A DNA stretch of 62,884 nucleotides, counting the filler. It is 6 parts of 6 records of this genome, joined end to end, with 100 filler letters (N's around TTAATTAATTAA, not from the genome) between each part and the next. Parts side by side here need not be neighbours in the genome. Positions count along the whole stretch, not along the records: positions 56,790 to 62,884 come from SRR31156797_21829; 5 more parts are not named here. One strand, written 5' to 3'. The notes below the pieces were generated by a model that did not search any database, had not been told where the DNA came from, and was given only the letters and a program-made list of their open reading frames with translations. The position numbers and the translations under genes are program-made. Of the stretch, positions 61,700 through 62,884 are shown piece by piece (the first letter of the stretch is position 1; each line of letters begins with the position of its first letter).

Positions 61700-62152
61700 A
61701 TGAAAGAAAATCAAAATGCAGATTTAGGAATGATACTCTATACATCAGGTCTAATTGGTTTAGTTATTGCAATGGCAGGAGCAATTATCGGAATTGTTGA
61801 TGAAGACAGAGTACGATTATTTAATATTGGATTAAGGCTTATACCTGGTGTATTATTTGGAATGCTTATGGGGTATAGTTCTATAAAAATAGAGTACTTT
61901 GTAATAGCGAAATTAAAAAAAAGTAAGAGAGTTTTTTATATTACTATAGGAACTTTTGTAATAATTATGACTTTTGTTGGTGTATATCTATTAGGCGATC
62001 CAAGTAGAAATTTATTATTTAAAGTTATGGTATTAGCAACTTTAATGGAAGCTATAATATTCATATTTTTCTTTGTGGATTATAGATATCAAAAAAAGCT
62101 AAATCAAATGTTAAATGAAAAAAAGAATAAATTAATGAAAAATAGTAAATAG
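61700..62152 (+). CDS. Four-TM membrane protein (candidate LytTR inhibitor)
   Basis: Four hydrophobic segments and a basic tail (YQKKLNQML). Directly follows the LytTR gene. Confidence 0.7.
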   Translation: MKENQNADLGMILYTSGLIGLVIAMAGAIIGIVDEDRVRLFNIGLRLIPGVLFGMLMGYSSIKIEYFVIAKLKKSKRVFYITIGTFVIIMTFVGVYLLGDPSRNLLFKVMVLATLMEAIIFIFFFVDYRYQKKLNQMLNEKKNKLMKNSK

Positions 62153-62286
62153 ATATATTTATCAAATAACAAGTATTTATACTACTTATTTGATCTTAAA
62201 ATTTTATAATGATAAAATAACAAAGAAAGCACAAATGAAACTAATTTGAACTATCTAAAAAAGAGTTAATAGGCGGAGGTTATTAT

Positions 62287-62847
62287 ATGAAAGTTGAGAA
62301 TATATTTGGGGAATTCCCTATTCTTGAAACAGAAAGGTTAATATTAAGAAAAATTGAAATGAAAGATTTAGATGATCTATATGAATATTCATCCAATCCC
62401 AATGTGGCAAAATATCTATCATATTTGCATAAATCGAAAGATGAGGCATCAGAGTATATCAAGAAGAAAGAGAAACAGTATGAATCGGGTAAATGTATGA
62501 TATGGGGAATTGAATTTAAAGAAGACAAAAAATATATTGGTGCTGTGGGTTTTACTCATTGGGATAGTGTAAGTGAAGTAGCAGAAATAGCCTATACTCT
62601 GGCTGAAAAATATTGGAAAAAAGGTATCGCAAAAGAAAGCGTTAATAAAATAATTCAGTTTGGATTTGAAAAAATGAAACTGAATAGAATTGAAGCCAGA
62701 TGTTGGAAAGAGAATGAAGTTTCATTTAAATTTATGCTAAAATCAGGTATGGCATACGAAGGAACTTTACGTGAGCAGTTTTATGCAAAAGGAGCTTATC
62801 GTGATGCTAAAATATGTTCAATTCTAAAAAGTGAATATAACAAATAA
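62287..62847 (+). CDS. GNAT N-acetyltransferase (RimJ/RimL family)
   Basis: LETERLILR, EIAY, YWKKGIA, LNRIEA and GMAYEGTLR. Confidence 0.92.
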   Translation: MKVENIFGEFPILETERLILRKIEMKDLDDLYEYSSNPNVAKYLSYLHKSKDEASEYIKKKEKQYESGKCMIWGIEFKEDKKYIGAVGFTHWDSVSEVAEIAYTLAEKYWKKGIAKESVNKIIQFGFEKMKLNRIEARCWKENEVSFKFMLKSGMAYEGTLREQFYAKGAYRDAKICSILKSEYNK

Positions 62848-62884
62848 GAATTAAAATGAACTGCAAAAATAATCGCACGTAAAA

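Noticed and set aside
62161-62194. ATCAAATAA...TTATTTGAT hairpin after the membrane protein gene
   Set aside because: Weak AT-only stem. At most an ordinary terminator.

Overview
This window is not one locus. It is six unrelated contigs joined by 100-nt artificial spacers (N44-TTAATTAATTAA-N44 at 11615-11714, 19521-19620, 31938-32037, 49289-49388 and 56690-56789). Taxonomic calls are inferred from gene content and composition. (1) 1-11614, Vibrio-like: sodB, grxD, topB, HDAC-family deacetylase, Lrp/YitT/aromatic aminotransferase, tandem HD-GYP, REC-TPR regulator, and an ERIC-like inverted-repeat element. (2) 11715-19520, Bacteroidota polysaccharide utilization locus: SusC, SusD, GH51 and the start of a probable GH2. 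(3) 19621-31937, Campylobacterota: surface protein plus lipoprotein, ppiC, yajQ, porin, two thioesterases, fructosamine kinase, class D beta-lactamase, ligA, pta, ackA, maf. (4) 32038-49288, Desulfobacteraceae-like Wzx/Wzy polysaccharide locus with two heparinase II/III-type lyases, an FrhB-like/pyruvyltransferase pair, a sulfotransferase and an AsnB-like amidotransferase. It is preceded by decayed genes (rmlD, AAA-ATPase, MNT) and two periodic palindromic repeats. (5) 49389-56689, Arcobacter-like: PAS protein plus soluble MCP, SLC13 transporter, an unannotated 49-aa ORF, AraC-GyrI regulator, selB, selA and a divergent tRNA-Sec. (6) 56790-62884, AT-rich probable diderm: an uncharacterised DJ-1/NTF2-like/SDR/tandem-EthD/CMD operon, an outer-membrane-protein/LytTR/membrane-protein operon with a LytTR-type direct repeat, and a GNAT. 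The best candidates for undescribed biology are the five-gene operon and the LytTR system in contig 6, and the periodic palindromes in contig 4.
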